Sequence record: OZ035771.1
Strand: one strand, 5' to 3'
Length of the DNA: 64,000 nucleotides
DNA from: Phapecoctavirus DIJ07P2
The notes beneath the pieces are model-generated. The model saw only the letters and a program-made list of their open reading frames with translations, was not told the DNA's origin and searched no databases. A program made the position numbers and the translations under genes. Below, one piece after another: positions 36,574-45,890 of this stretch. How positions within the stretch are numbered: the stretch's first letter is position 1; each line of letters starts with the position of its first letter.

Positions 36574-39204
36574 TTAACGATCCTCTCTGATTTGATTAAT
36601 CTTACGAGCAAGGGCAGCTATAAGCTTATCTTCTTCAGATACAGGAGCCGTGCTCTTACCTAAACGATGCATGTCTAAAATCTCTTGAACAGTTCGGTTC
36701 CATTGCAGACATTTAATACAACGTGTATGTGCAACATACAGAAGATTTCGTTCTGATTCTTCAAGACCTACCCACTCACCCTTCTTATCGTAATTAGAAG
36801 GGAAGTCATTTGCAACAATAACCTGATCCCATTCCAAACCTTTTGATTTGTGGGCTGTAGTTAAAGTAACTTTAGCCGTTGGAGAGTTACGGTGCATACG
36901 TAAAGTGTATGCAATATTATTAGCTTTACCAGAAACAACAATGTTTAAAAGTCGTTTTGCATCAGGATCTGATTCTGCACACTCTACAAATTCTTCCCAA
37001 GAAGTGTAAGGTAGAACTGTCTCATGCTTAACTTTGTCCAAATCACCTCTACGTAAAGCATTAACACTATCAACCATAGAAATGAAATCTTTGGTATCTA
37101 CGTTAATAATAATCTCTTCTCCGTTAGCGATTCGATCCATTGCCTCCATAAGCAAGGTTAAATTCTTGCGAAAGATGATAGTGTAAGGTTTTGTATAGTC
37201 TACAACATCTGATTTGTAGCTACCTACTACAGTATCAAAGCCTTTACCAACCAAAGGATGACGCAAAGGTTCTTTATCGCTTAAAATCATATTGGCAATG
37301 TTTGCCACTTTGGGGCCAAAACGGAAGCAAGCAGTTAATGGAAGCTCTGCCCCATACTTAGCTGTTTCAATCATCATATTAGAGCTACCTCTAAATTGAT
37401 AAATGCAGTTGTGGCTAAGAATTTCATTGCCAAAGAAGTTAGCAGTATCCTCTACTTCAATATCATAATAGATACCCTCACTATCTACAATGTCCACAAT
37501 CTCTTCTGCCGTTACAGTATCACCATCTTTTACCAACACAGACATGCCTTTAAACAAACCCGCTGCCGGAATTAAGTTATATTTGGCAGTGTCTACAGAG
37601 GACATGCATTCTTTTAAAGATGCAAACGGAACTATTTCAAGGATCTTTTGTGCAAAACTCAATGCTTCACAATAAGAATTGAAATATTTACGTACACGGT
37701 AACGACCTTCCAATTTAGCAACACTTACGCTTACACCTGCTTTAATGAGTGAAGCATAGATCGGCATTTCACTTTCTGTCCACTCAAAACTGACTTGTGT
37801 TCCTTTACAACCTTGTGCTCGCAAAGTCACTGTTAACATTTTTCTTTCATCTACTGCACAATTGATGCTGTGCCAATGTGGATAAGCAAAATGATAGTCT
37901 TTATCCTCTAAAAGTTTAAAACCATTCTGTCCGAATTGTTCAAAGATGTTATTGATCCTTTCTTGATTAATGCCGCGTGAACTTGCTTCAAATACACAAG
38001 TAGGAATGCCATATTGTAAACTGTATGCCATTTCTTTTTCCATAGCAGCTTCGCGATTTTCAACAATGTCCAACACCCATAATTTCTGTGCTTTTTCAGA
38101 ACGTGTACGTTGCCCCAGTTTAGAAAAACCTTCTTTATCATCGAATTTGTTAGTGATCCCTACTCGGAAACCTAAATCTTTCCTCCACATTAGGTATACC
38201 ACCATCTGGTCATCTTTCAGAACATAAGATGAAGCCCAAATACGATGGTTATGTGTCATATCTAAAGTTTTACCTGTAGCAGTAATAATATTCCTACCTT
38301 TTGTACGTGTAGATAAAGTCTTATTTGTTACTTTTCTAAATGTAACTTTACCATTAGAATAAGACTCTACCTTATCACCGATTTGCAGGTCTTTCATTGT
38401 AACCTGACCATTCTCGGTGTTAAGTACCGTGTTTTCCGACACACATTGAAATTCATCACCCACAACAACAATACGTTTAGCCGATTTAGCATTACGAAGG
38501 ATAGACAGGAATGCAGGGTTAACATCCTGGAATTCATCTCCAAAAATAATATCGTATCCTAAATCTTCTTTGCTCAATTCAAAGAGTTTCACATAGGTGT
38601 CATGAGTCATAATGGTTTCTGATTTAGGATCAATACGCTCACGCCAAAGTTGCTTCGCATATTTAACAACTTCGTTAATAAGTTTTTGTTCGTTGATGTT
38701 TTTACGTTTTAGGTCTGACATGTGCACTTTAGGAAAATGTTTATGTCCGATATGTTCATCGTCAGAAAACTCATATTTAGCTAAAGTTTGTTTTACCATT
38801 AACCCGATCATTGCACGAGTCAGTAGCACTTTACCATTCTTATCGATCAAGTTCTGAATCTTAAATTTCTTGGCAATCTCACTACCAGTTCCAGCTACGT
38901 TAACATATTGACCTTCTGGACGAGATAATTTGTGTCGAAGGTTTTGTGGAAGACGCTGGTAACAGATAGAATGTAGCGTTCGGCACATAACATTGGGCGG
39001 CATTTTACGTCGAGCTTCCTCTGCCATACTTTTGTTAAATGCCAAATATAGAATACTATCATTTGTGCCATTAGCCAACATATACAGTGTTGACGTTTTA
39101 CCTGATCCAGATTTAGCTTGAATTGTAACGAAACGATTTTCTTTATACCCGCTTTCAATAGCGTATTGTTCATCAGTAGGTGTAAAACTCAATTGTGTAG
39201 ACAC
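36574..39204 (-). CDS. SF1 (UvrD/PcrA-like) DNA helicase containing an in-frame intein
   Basis: Walker A AKSGSGKTS; motif II FGDEFQDV; motif III VVVGDEFQ / CIYQFRGS split by a 346-aa insertion. Confidence 0.7.
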   Translation of the reverse strand: MSTQLSFTPTDEQYAIESGYKENRFVTIQAKSGSGKTSTLYMLANGTNDSILYLAFNKSMAEEARRKMPPNVMCRTLHSICYQRLPQNLRHKLSRPEGQYVNVAGTGSEIAKKFKIQNLIDKNGKVLLTRAMIGLMVKQTLAKYEFSDDEHIGHKHFPKVHMSDLKRKNINEQKLINEVVKYAKQLWRERIDPKSETIMTHDTYVKLFELSKEDLGYDIIFGDEFQDVNPAFLSILRNAKSAKRIVVVGDEFQCVSENTVLNTENGQVTMKDLQIGDKVESYSNGKVTFRKVTNKTLSTRTKGRNIITATGKTLDMTHNHRIWASSYVLKDDQMVVYLMWRKDLGFRVGITNKFDDKEGFSKLGQRTRSEKAQKLWVLDIVENREAAMEKEMAYSLQYGIPTCVFEASSRGINQERINNIFEQFGQNGFKLLEDKDYHFAYPHWHSINCAVDERKMLTVTLRAQGCKGTQVSFEWTESEMPIYASLIKAGVSVSVAKLEGRYRVRKYFNSYCEALSFAQKILEIVPFASLKECMSSVDTAKYNLIPAAGLFKGMSVLVKDGDTVTAEEIVDIVDSEGIYYDIEVEDTANFFGNEILSHNCIYQFRGSSNMMIETAKYGAELPLTACFRFGPKVANIANMILSDKEPLRHPLVGKGFDTVVGSYKSDVVDYTKPYTIIFRKNLTLLMEAMDRIANGEEIIINVDTKDFISMVDSVNALRRGDLDKVKHETVLPYTSWEEFVECAESDPDAKRLLNIVVSGKANNIAYTLRMHRNSPTAKVTLTTAHKSKGLEWDQVIVANDFPSNYDKKGEWVGLEESERNLLYVAHTRCIKCLQWNRTVQEILDMHRLGKSTAPVSEEDKLIAALARKINQIREDR
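37408..38445 (-). mobile_element. intein (346 aa) within helicase motif III
   Basis: begins with Cys (CVSENTVL), block B-like DMTHNHR, ends ILSHN followed by +1 Cys; removal restores GDEFQ-CIYQFRG. Confidence 0.65.
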
Positions 39205-39218
39205 GTATTTCTCCTCTC

Positions 39219-39734
39219 TTAATAAAAACTCTTGACAATCCTCATCATTTCCTTAGCTCTGCTGGCGTAAGGTTCTTTTAGATTAGGTGGCAAATGTGCA
39301 TTAATGTACCCCATTTGTTTTTCCCATGTCCACTTATCTTTAAATCTTGGCATGGTGTCTCCTGCTAAACTGTTTTCTTTTCGTGTTTGAATAATCCAAT
39401 TACATGGAAAATGCACACCACCTTTACGGAAGGGAATATAATGTCCCAATGTGAATGCCTTATTGTTCTTTAAACGTCCAGCTAAATTAAGATTAACAAT
39501 AAGACTACGAAACACGTAGTATTGATAAAGATTGTCAACAGTATATACAGAGTAGTATGCTCTAAGTGCATTATCTCTACTAAGATTACCAACATCCAAA
39601 CTGCACCAGTTTAAATTACTTGGATCGTAGTTGTGATTATCAATCCATTCTTCTCTTTCCTCAAATTCTGCATTAACAGCAGACTGCCCTGCTGTAGATA
39701 CAAAAAGAGAATTTGCATCAAAGAACATACTCAC
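39219..39734 (-). CDS. hypothetical protein (171 aa)
   Basis: track ORF. Confidence 0.45.
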   Translation of the reverse strand: MSMFFDANSLFVSTAGQSAVNAEFEEREEWIDNHNYDPSNLNWCSLDVGNLSRDNALRAYYSVYTVDNLYQYYVFRSLIVNLNLAGRLKNNKAFTLGHYIPFRKGGVHFPCNWIIQTRKENSLAGDTMPRFKDKWTWEKQMGYINAHLPPNLKEPYASRAKEMMRIVKSFY

Positions 39735-39742
39735 TCCCCCCT

Positions 39743-40096
39743 TTAGTTTACATCGTTTAGAGCATTACCAATCTTTAAGATAATAACATCGTTAAGAGCT
39801 TCTTCTCCATTAAGGCCAGAGAAAGCAGGAGTAACGAAAGTTACCATGTAATAATGGTCTTCTTGTAGGATTGCGATAACGCCGTCTAGTTTAACATCTC
39901 CTGTGAAACGAAAAACTTTCAACTTTTGTTCTAAAGGAAGATCTCCTTCGACATTTAAAACCATATCTCCGACACCAAACTTTTCTGCCCCGATGTAGAT
40001 GTAAGCTTGGTCCTCTTTTTTATGGTAATACAATGTTGCTTGTTTGTCTTGTAGTGTTGTGATACCAAACACATCTACATCAATAATATTTTTCAA
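39743..40096 (-). CDS. hypothetical protein (117 aa)
   Basis: track ORF; TTG start with SD aagaggag. Confidence 0.45.
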   Translation of the reverse strand: MKNIIDVDVFGITTLQDKQATLYYHKKEDQAYIYIGAEKFGVGDMVLNVEGDLPLEQKLKVFRFTGDVKLDGVIAILQEDHYYMVTFVTPAFSGLNGEEALNDVIILKIGNALNDVN

Positions 40097-40209
40097 AAAA
40101 TTCTCCTCTTATTTTGTGTTGACCTTATTTCGCATTAACCTGTGGGATACAGAGTTGCGAGATCTGTTTAGAACCTTACCAATCCCTGCATGACTATACC
40201 CTTCACTAT

Positions 40210-40572
40210 TTAACCTAAACACATACGTGCGATCAGACCCTGGATGAGTTTATCTGCTTCTTCACGATCATAGTCGGTATCTTCTATACCACCATCTTCG
40301 TCACGATAAACTTTACCTTCCAGGTACCCAGCATCGATCAAACCAATAATCAAATCGAACTGCCAACAAGAATTACCGAAAGGACGTTTTCCACTGAAAC
40401 TGTCTTCTTCTTCCCAAAGTGTAGAGAGCAGTCGTCTGAAATATTCACGCACAGTAACAGTGCCAAGATCATCGTCTTCAAAAACAACATCTAAAGCATC
40501 TGGTTCAGCTTTATCTACAACAGGCACATAACGTTGACCATTAATAACAACATCTACAATCGTTTCTCTCAT
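40210..40572 (-). CDS. hypothetical protein (120 aa), acidic
   Basis: track ORF. Confidence 0.45.
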   Translation of the reverse strand: MRETIVDVVINGQRYVPVVDKAEPDALDVVFEDDDLGTVTVREYFRRLLSTLWEEEDSFSGKRPFGNSCWQFDLIIGLIDAGYLEGKVYRDEDGGIEDTDYDREEADKLIQGLIARMCLG

Positions 40573-40928
40573 TTTTCCTCCTTCTTGTATTCTAAGAACA
40601 TGTCAACTTCATAAGCTGTCCGTTCATCAAATTTGCTAGGATCTACTAAAATAAAAAGTTGTTTATTTATATCTTGAAACTCTTTTACTACAATGTAAAG
40701 GTGTTTCTTACAAGAGAAGCCTGTTGCTTGATAAGCATCACCCCAATCATCCACACCTTTTAATGTTTCTACATACTTACATTTTATTTTATCTTTACCA
40801 TCTTGGTAAAGTGCTTCACCTCCGAACCATGTGAAGAATTTAGTGCGATCTGCCCCAACCTTGAAGCCGTCACGAGCAGAAGCACTGACAGACACCGCCA
40901 ACATTAGGACAAACAGCAACTTTTTCAT
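40569..40928 (-). CDS. secreted protein (signal peptide)
   Basis: N-terminus MKKLLFVLMLAVSVSASA. Confidence 0.45.
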   Translation of the reverse strand: MKKLLFVLMLAVSVSASARDGFKVGADRTKFFTWFGGEALYQDGKDKIKCKYVETLKGVDDWGDAYQATGFSCKKHLYIVVKEFQDINKQLFILVDPSKFDERTAYEVDMFLEYKKEEK

Positions 40929-41236
40929 TACATCTCCTCGTCAGACTTTTTGTTTTTGTCGAAGACAACGTGCCACTGGCTACCACACCCATCGTTGATG
41001 TAGAACATGATGTAGTTATCATCTTCATCTACAGCATGTCGGTATTCCAATTCGTAGCTATACAGATGAACATTACCTTCGCAACTAGGAGGATTCCAAA
41101 AGTAGACTTCATCATGAGTTTCACACCACTTGTATTGGCTTAAGTCTTCAAATACCAGTGAAGAAGGGTTTGGATGATCCTTAACAGCTTCTTCGTATGC
41201 CTGGTGAACTTCCACTGCTTTCGTTAATGTGCTCAT
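40928..41236 (-). CDS. hypothetical protein (102 aa)
   Basis: track ORF; SD gaggagg. Confidence 0.45.
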   Translation of the reverse strand: MSTLTKAVEVHQAYEEAVKDHPNPSSLVFEDLSQYKWCETHDEVYFWNPPSCEGNVHLYSYELEYRHAVDEDDNYIMFYINDGCGSQWHVVFDKNKKSDEEM

Positions 41237-41409
41237 TATGCCTCCTCATAAGCCTTACAGATGACCAAACGCCAAGTCTGCTTGTAGTGTTCTCTTTTCG
41301 CAAGAGCCTCTTTGTAAGAGGGTATACGTTGCGACAGAAGCATCCATTCACAATCTGCACCCATTCTTCCATAAAGCGCGTAACGGATGTTACTTTGTTT
41401 ATCTCCCAT
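41236..41409 (-). CDS. small hypothetical protein (57 aa)
   Basis: ATG 41409 with SD aaggagg; stop overlaps next ATG (TAATG); preferred over out-of-frame track ORF 41181..41372. Confidence 0.35.
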   Translation of the reverse strand: MGDKQSNIRYALYGRMGADCEWMLLSQRIPSYKEALAKREHYKQTWRLVICKAYEEA

Positions 41410-41452
41410 AAATGCCTCCTTAATCTTGTTTACAAGTATACCCTCTAATTAG

Positions 41453-41650
41453 TTACACTTTTTCCCAAGTACCAAAAGCACAGGAAGGGTAGATTCCAAC
41501 TTGAGGGTTTCCGTTATCATCTTTGAAAGTAAAACTGTTGTTGTCTTTATCAAGAACTGTAGAATAAATCTTACCAACAGTAACGCAGTTGGAAGCTTGA
41601 CCCAGTTCAGTGAGAGTAAGACATTTCATTTTCTGTTTCTTTGTAGCCAT
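41453..41650 (-). CDS. hypothetical protein (65 aa)
   Basis: track ORF. Confidence 0.4.
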   Translation of the reverse strand: MATKKQKMKCLTLTELGQASNCVTVGKIYSTVLDKDNNSFTFKDDNGNPQVGIYPSCAFGTWEKV

Positions 41651-41680
41651 TTATAAAATCTCCTTAGTAAGTGAATCTTT

Positions 41681-41710
41681 ATTCTACACAAAGAGCTTTG
41701 CACATGTCAA
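41681..41710 (-). promoter_or_regulatory. sigma70-like promoter (TTGACA-N18-TAGAAT) on minus strand
   Basis: plus-strand tgtcaa 41705-41710 and attcta 41681-41686 upstream of ATG 41650. Confidence 0.4.
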
Positions 41711-41732
41711 GTAACTCTTTGTCAGATTAGTC

Positions 41733-42002
41733 TTAATGATTGGTGATGTTGATCACAATCTTGGTTTCAACTTTAGCCCAACAGGAGTCTGCTTCATTAA
41801 AACGACTATTCACAATGTATTCTCCTGCACGAGAACCTGTTAAACACACTGCACCTGTATCTGTAGCCAAATAGTATTCTCGTTCTTGTTCATCTACTTC
41901 TGCAATGTAATAGTAGAAAACAGACATAGGTTCAATTTCAGATAAACGGTATAACTTTGGAACAGGGGATTTCTCGATAAACTCAACAGAAGTTTTACTC
42001 AT
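41733..42002 (-). CDS. hypothetical protein (89 aa)
   Basis: track ORF. Confidence 0.4.
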   Translation of the reverse strand: MSKTSVEFIEKSPVPKLYRLSEIEPMSVFYYYIAEVDEQEREYYLATDTGAVCLTGSRAGEYIVNSRFNEADSCWAKVETKIVINITNH

Positions 42003-42235
42003 TTGTTTTCTCCTAGATCTAAACTAATTAAGAAGTCACGAAGGATGATCATTTGTTCTGTAGACAATGATAATACACCTTCTCCATAAATATCACCAGA
42101 CCATTCAGCAGTAAAATCTAACACACCAGTACCAGGGAACCAGTCTACTGTGATCTGATTACCATTAGAATCAGGTAGTACACCATTAACTAACATAACA
42201 CACTCTCCTATTATTGTTCTTGATCTTACGATCAT
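41999..42235 (-). CDS. hypothetical protein (78 aa)
   Basis: track ORF; 135-nt leader with TTGACT promoter-like site upstream. Confidence 0.4.
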   Translation of the reverse strand: MIVRSRTIIGECVMLVNGVLPDSNGNQITVDWFPGTGVLDFTAEWSGDIYGEGVLSLSTEQMIILRDFLISLDLGENK

Positions 42236-42372
42236 CTACCGATAAGAACAAGTACTTAAATCTCTGTTCTTCGAACATCTAACGATAGAGATTAATCTAT
42301 TACATAATCTACACTCGCTATCGCTCGACCCTTCGGGGTTAGGGTAGCATATTTTTTGAAAAAAGTCAACAC

Positions 42373-42723
42373 TTATTTTTTGGTAAGTAGATAAATCAAT
42401 TGTTCACCTGCTTCTGGTGCATATAGTGCTTTAGTATCGAAGTCAAAGAAGTGAGTGACCCCTGTTACTTTGGATACCCGGATAGATAATCGTGCAAGCT
42501 TAAGCAGATTATCCATTTCCGCAATCTTTGCACGAAACACTGCACGTGTAGCGTCAAAAGCTGCATGTGGCATGTATTTACGATTTAGACTACTACGTTT
42601 AAATTTACGATAATCTGCAATGATCTTGTTGCGTTCTTTGTTCAAGTGCTTTACCAGTGCAGTGTATACATGTGGTTCTTTGTTAGCCATTGTTAATCTC
42701 CTCTTCATATGTTGGTAGTGCAT
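42373..42723 (-). CDS. hypothetical protein (116 aa), basic
   Basis: track ORF. Confidence 0.45.
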   Translation of the reverse strand: MHYQHMKRRLTMANKEPHVYTALVKHLNKERNKIIADYRKFKRSSLNRKYMPHAAFDATRAVFRAKIAEMDNLLKLARLSIRVSKVTGVTHFFDFDTKALYAPEAGEQLIYLLTKK

Positions 42724-42895
42724 GGTATGCGATCACAGGTGCCAAGTCAAAATAAAAATGACCATTGATAACAGCTATCGTGCCATTGCGTGTTTTGTTA
42801 ACTTCACAGAATCCCTTCTTGCCGTTTGCCATGATTACAAGCCACTCTCCGATAGGAACATCCTCGGTACCAGATACTTTAATCCATCCACTCAC
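42683..42895 (-). CDS. hypothetical protein (70 aa)
   Basis: track ORF; 3' end overlaps next gene, start uncertain. Confidence 0.35.
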   Translation of the reverse strand: MSGWIKVSGTEDVPIGEWLVIMANGKKGFCEVNKTRNGTIAVINGHFYFDLAPVIAYHALPTYEEEINNG

Positions 42896-43149
42896 TTTAC
42901 TTCCCCTTTGTAATCGGACACTATACCAGGTCTTACTTTTGCCTTAAGATGTTTCAACTCTACCATAGGAGTTGCCACTTGTATAGGGCTAACTTCAACC
43001 TTGTAGATAGTATATTCATAAGTCGCATATTTACCGATGGAATGCAAATACTTAATTGCGTGTTCAGGGGAATCTGCTTCAACATACCCTAAATCTTTCG
43101 TAGTACGACCTTCGGTATCGCCTTCAGTGGTTACGTGATAAAGTGTCAT
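42892..43149 (-). CDS. hypothetical protein (85 aa)
   Basis: track ORF. Confidence 0.4.
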   Translation of the reverse strand: MTLYHVTTEGDTEGRTTKDLGYVEADSPEHAIKYLHSIGKYATYEYTIYKVEVSPIQVATPMVELKHLKAKVRPGIVSDYKGEVK

Positions 43150-43469
43150 AAAACCTCCTTCTGGTTGGCTGCTTCAATCATAACGTTAAGAGTCTCCATA
43201 CCGCTTTCAACTGCTTGAGCAATCTCTTGGAACACTGTTTTCTTAAAGATGTATAAAGATCCTGCCTGTAAGCGTTGCACACAGCATAAGAGGGTTTGGT
43301 GATCCATAACAAAGTCTCCATAAGCACAATCAATTTTCCCTGTGATTGGGTTGTCTCGTGAGCGAGGATCGTATTCTAATGTGATATGCGTTACACCAGG
43401 TAAAGTAACAAACTGACAACGGATGTTGACACGTGGTGCAATTGACACGCTAAACAAACTGTTTGACAT
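43146..43469 (-). CDS. hypothetical protein (107 aa)
   Basis: track ORF; SD gaggagg. Confidence 0.45.
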   Translation of the reverse strand: MSNSLFSVSIAPRVNIRCQFVTLPGVTHITLEYDPRSRDNPITGKIDCAYGDFVMDHQTLLCCVQRLQAGSLYIFKKTVFQEIAQAVESGMETLNVMIEAANQKEVL

Positions 43470-43616
43470 TTAAACCTCCTCGTAGTAAGGCAAAGCTTTG
43501 ATCAGCTGTTCTGAAGTGCCATTCTCTGTCCATGTAACCCCGTTGTCAAGAGAAACATACCCTTTCTTATCGATAAATTTACGGAGACAACCAGTGAACT
43601 TGTTTTTGTAGATCAT
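43470..43616 (-). CDS. small hypothetical protein (48 aa)
   Basis: ATG 43616 in ATGA overlap with upstream stop; own stop abuts next ATG; below track cut-off. Confidence 0.3.
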   Translation of the reverse strand: MIYKNKFTGCLRKFIDKKGYVSLDNGVTWTENGTSEQLIKALPYYEEV

Positions 43617-44047
43617 TTCTTCTTTCCTTTCTTTAATTTGTTGTGACCTTTACCCTTATAAAGCTTGTGATTACGAGCAGATGGGTTATTTTGGTTCTCC
43701 AGTCGGCTAACAGGTGTATTCCAAAGATTTCCTGCTACAAAAGATGCTGCCACAAGTTCTTCCAGGTATACGAAATCCAAAGCAGGTATCTTTGTTTCCC
43801 TCATCTTGCGTTCTACATTAGACAACACGCCTTCTTCCTTACTGTCTTCTTTTTCAATTACAGACCAACCCTCTTCCTGCCAAGCTTCCCCTCTGAACCA
43901 AGTTTCCATGTTATAACCGTGTTCGTCGAGAATAACACCATCTCGCATCTCAAACCATTCACCACCGCAAAAATAGCTGTGCTCAACACGTCTACCTTCC
44001 TTCATTGCTTCTTTAGCTTCGGTCCAAGTCAGTTTGATGTTTTGCAT
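43613..44047 (-). CDS. hypothetical protein (144 aa), first gene of leftward block
   Basis: track ORF; ATG 44047 with SD gagaggag; Lys-rich C-terminus. Confidence 0.45.
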   Translation of the reverse strand: MQNIKLTWTEAKEAMKEGRRVEHSYFCGGEWFEMRDGVILDEHGYNMETWFRGEAWQEEGWSVIEKEDSKEEGVLSNVERKMRETKIPALDFVYLEELVAASFVAGNLWNTPVSRLENQNNPSARNHKLYKGKGHNKLKKGKKK

Positions 44048-44077
44048 TTGTTTTCTCCTCTCGTTTTGTATGAGTTG

Positions 44078-44105
44078 ATCTTAACAGGACTAAAAAGCAT
44101 GTCAA
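44078..44105 (-). promoter_or_regulatory. sigma70-like promoter (TTGACA-N16-TAAGAT) for leftward gene block
   Basis: plus-strand tgtcaa 44100-44105 and atctta 44078-44083; same -10 flavour as early array. Confidence 0.45.
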
Positions 44106-44108
44106 TAC

Positions 44109-44137
44109 TTGATCTGAAATTATTTTCAGGTATCATA
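44109..44137 (+). promoter_or_regulatory. sigma70-like promoter (TTGATC-N16-TATCAT) for rightward gene block
   Basis: back-to-back with the leftward promoter in the 114-nt divergent intergenic region. Confidence 0.35.
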
Positions 44138-44161
44138 TATGAATATTAACAAGAGAGGTAG

Positions 44162-44455
44162 ATGATGAACATTACTTTAGCAACTAAGAATATTTCTGAA
44201 ACAATTAACGGTTTTGGTGTCATTGTAGCCTTACACGGTAACAACGAGAAATGGTTGGCTTCTTTTGAAGAGGATCGTCAGCACAACATTATTTTAGATG
44301 CTCCTATAAAAATTATGCATATTGTTGGTGAAAGCAAAGTGCTCACTTCCTCCCGTTCAAAAGAACAAATTACAAATGAATTAGTAAAACTGCTTGACAA
44401 TGTTCTTAACATGTTTGATAATGCACCCATCGATACAAAACGTGTCTTAATGTGA
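44162..44455 (+). CDS. hypothetical protein (97 aa)
   Basis: track ORF; SD agagagg. Confidence 0.45.
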   Translation: MMNITLATKNISETINGFGVIVALHGNNEKWLASFEEDRQHNIILDAPIKIMHIVGESKVLTSSRSKEQITNELVKLLDNVLNMFDNAPIDTKRVLM

Positions 44456-44467
44456 GAGGAGAACAAA

Positions 44468-44752
44468 ATGTACTATTCACAAGACGAAGCAGCAAACATT
44501 AAACTGGCAGTTGGCGATCTTATTGTGTCACCTAACTACCATTGGGATAACACAGATTTGGTTGAAGTAGTAACTCATGTTGGGTTTGAGGGCGTTGTGC
44601 TCTACACCCTGGGCGGAGGTGTTGTTGGGGAAATGGAACGTTATACAACAACGAAGAAACTGGTAAGCTCTTATCGCATGTTTTTACACCAAGGTTCGGA
44701 AGAGTATACAGCTTTCTTGTTGAAATTAGACGCAGATCGGGAGAAGGCATGA
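44468..44752 (+). CDS. hypothetical protein (94 aa)
   Basis: track ORF; SD gagaggag. Confidence 0.45.
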   Translation: MYYSQDEAANIKLAVGDLIVSPNYHWDNTDLVEVVTHVGFEGVVLYTLGGGVVGEMERYTTTKKLVSSYRMFLHQGSEEYTAFLLKLDADREKA

Positions 44753-45108
44753 TGAAAATTGTACACGATGAAATTCAAATAGAAGAAAGTGACCTGATGG
44801 ATTTGGATGCAGCTTTGGGGAAGGTAATCTATGCAGGAATTAAAGCCTTCCGTGAGAAGGCAAACAATAGCACGTTTGTCATGATCCCCACTAAACTGAT
44901 GCGTGTTTTGTATCCAAATAGAAGTGCGCCGTATACAGATGAAGAAGAGGAGACAGGTAGAAGGGAGTGGTTAAATATTTTAGAAAAGATGGAGAATGCT
45001 TTTATTGATAGCGGTAATCCAGAAATCGTGTATGCTGAAGATCAAAGGAAGGCACGATTAGAGGGCCGTCTTTTATTCGCTAGTTATTTTGATAATCTTT
45101 GGAGCTAA
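44749..45108 (+). CDS. hypothetical protein (119 aa)
   Basis: track ORF; ATGA overlap with upstream stop. Confidence 0.45.
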   Translation: MMKIVHDEIQIEESDLMDLDAALGKVIYAGIKAFREKANNSTFVMIPTKLMRVLYPNRSAPYTDEEEETGRREWLNILEKMENAFIDSGNPEIVYAEDQRKARLEGRLLFASYFDNLWS

Positions 45109-45110
45109 AT

Positions 45111-45287
45111 ATGTCTGAATTCTTCACAATGGCTTTCTTAGGGATCTATCTGATTATTAGTGCTGTTGGCTTAATCATGTCTCTAATAGAAGAAATGGGA
45201 ATTAATTGGAATTGTGCATTCGGTATAGCTCTTATGCTCACTCCGGTTTGGATCTACATCTGCAAAGCAGTTGAACTAATTGGTTAA
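45111..45287 (+). CDS. small membrane protein (58 aa)
   Basis: ATG 45111 with SD ggag; two hydrophobic helices. Confidence 0.4.
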   Translation: MSEFFTMAFLGIYLIISAVGLIMSLIEEMGINWNCAFGIALMLTPVWIYICKAVELIG

Positions 45288-45298
45288 TAGGGGGTAAT

Positions 45299-45550
45299 AT
45301 GATTCAGTTCCAAAAAGGTCAAAAGATGACGGTATACGACGCAAAAGATATGGAATTTGCACTTGAACTTCTCGAAGATGCAGGTTTTGTGTGGATCAAC
45401 GGCGGAGAGAAGCCTACGGCTTGGCTTCCACATGAAAAAGTAGTCAACCACACCTTTCCTGACAGTATCAACTGGCATTCTGATGGTAAGATTTGCCGTG
45501 GAAGTTACCCAACAGGTGTCGAGTGGACCATTAAATTAGGAGGGCTTTAA
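45299..45550 (+). CDS. hypothetical protein (83 aa)
   Basis: track ORF. Confidence 0.4.
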   Translation: MIQFQKGQKMTVYDAKDMEFALELLEDAGFVWINGGEKPTAWLPHEKVVNHTFPDSINWHSDGKICRGSYPTGVEWTIKLGGL

Positions 45551-45551
45551 T

Positions 45552-45890
45552 ATGTTTAGTAAAGAGATGAGAGACGTAATTGCCACTCTGGTAGTTGATC
45601 ATGGTGTTGAAGTTGAGCGTCACGTTTGGAAAGATGAGCCTCCTTTCTTTGATTTGGCATCACGGGCTAAAAGTCACATGTATCTCCTTGAAGACGATAA
45701 GGATTTTATTCTGCGTATGCGTTATGATCGAGAGTTTAGAATTCCTCTTGACACAGATCCTGATGATGTAGTATTGTGGTTGGCAGAGCATTTCGCATTT
45801 AACGCTCTACACGGAAGAAGTTTTGGTAATGAACGTTGGGATACCATTTGTCGTAAACATAATATTGAACCAGAATACGGGAGTCTTTAA
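45552..45890 (+). CDS. hypothetical protein (112 aa)
   Basis: track ORF. Confidence 0.45.
   Translation: MFSKEMRDVIATLVVDHGVEVERHVWKDEPPFFDLASRAKSHMYLLEDDKDFILRMRYDREFRIPLDTDPDDVVLWLAEHFAFNALHGRSFGNERWDTICRKHNIEPEYGSL

Noticed and set aside
41181-41372. Track ORF of 63 aa on minus strand
   Set aside because: Overlaps a better-supported 57-aa frame (41236..41409) that has a strong SD and is translationally coupled to the next gene
43643-44149. Plus-strand ORF of 168 aa opposite minus-strand gene 43613..44047
   Set aside because: Antisense frame extending across the divergent promoter region; no SD; Phe/Leu-rich low complexity
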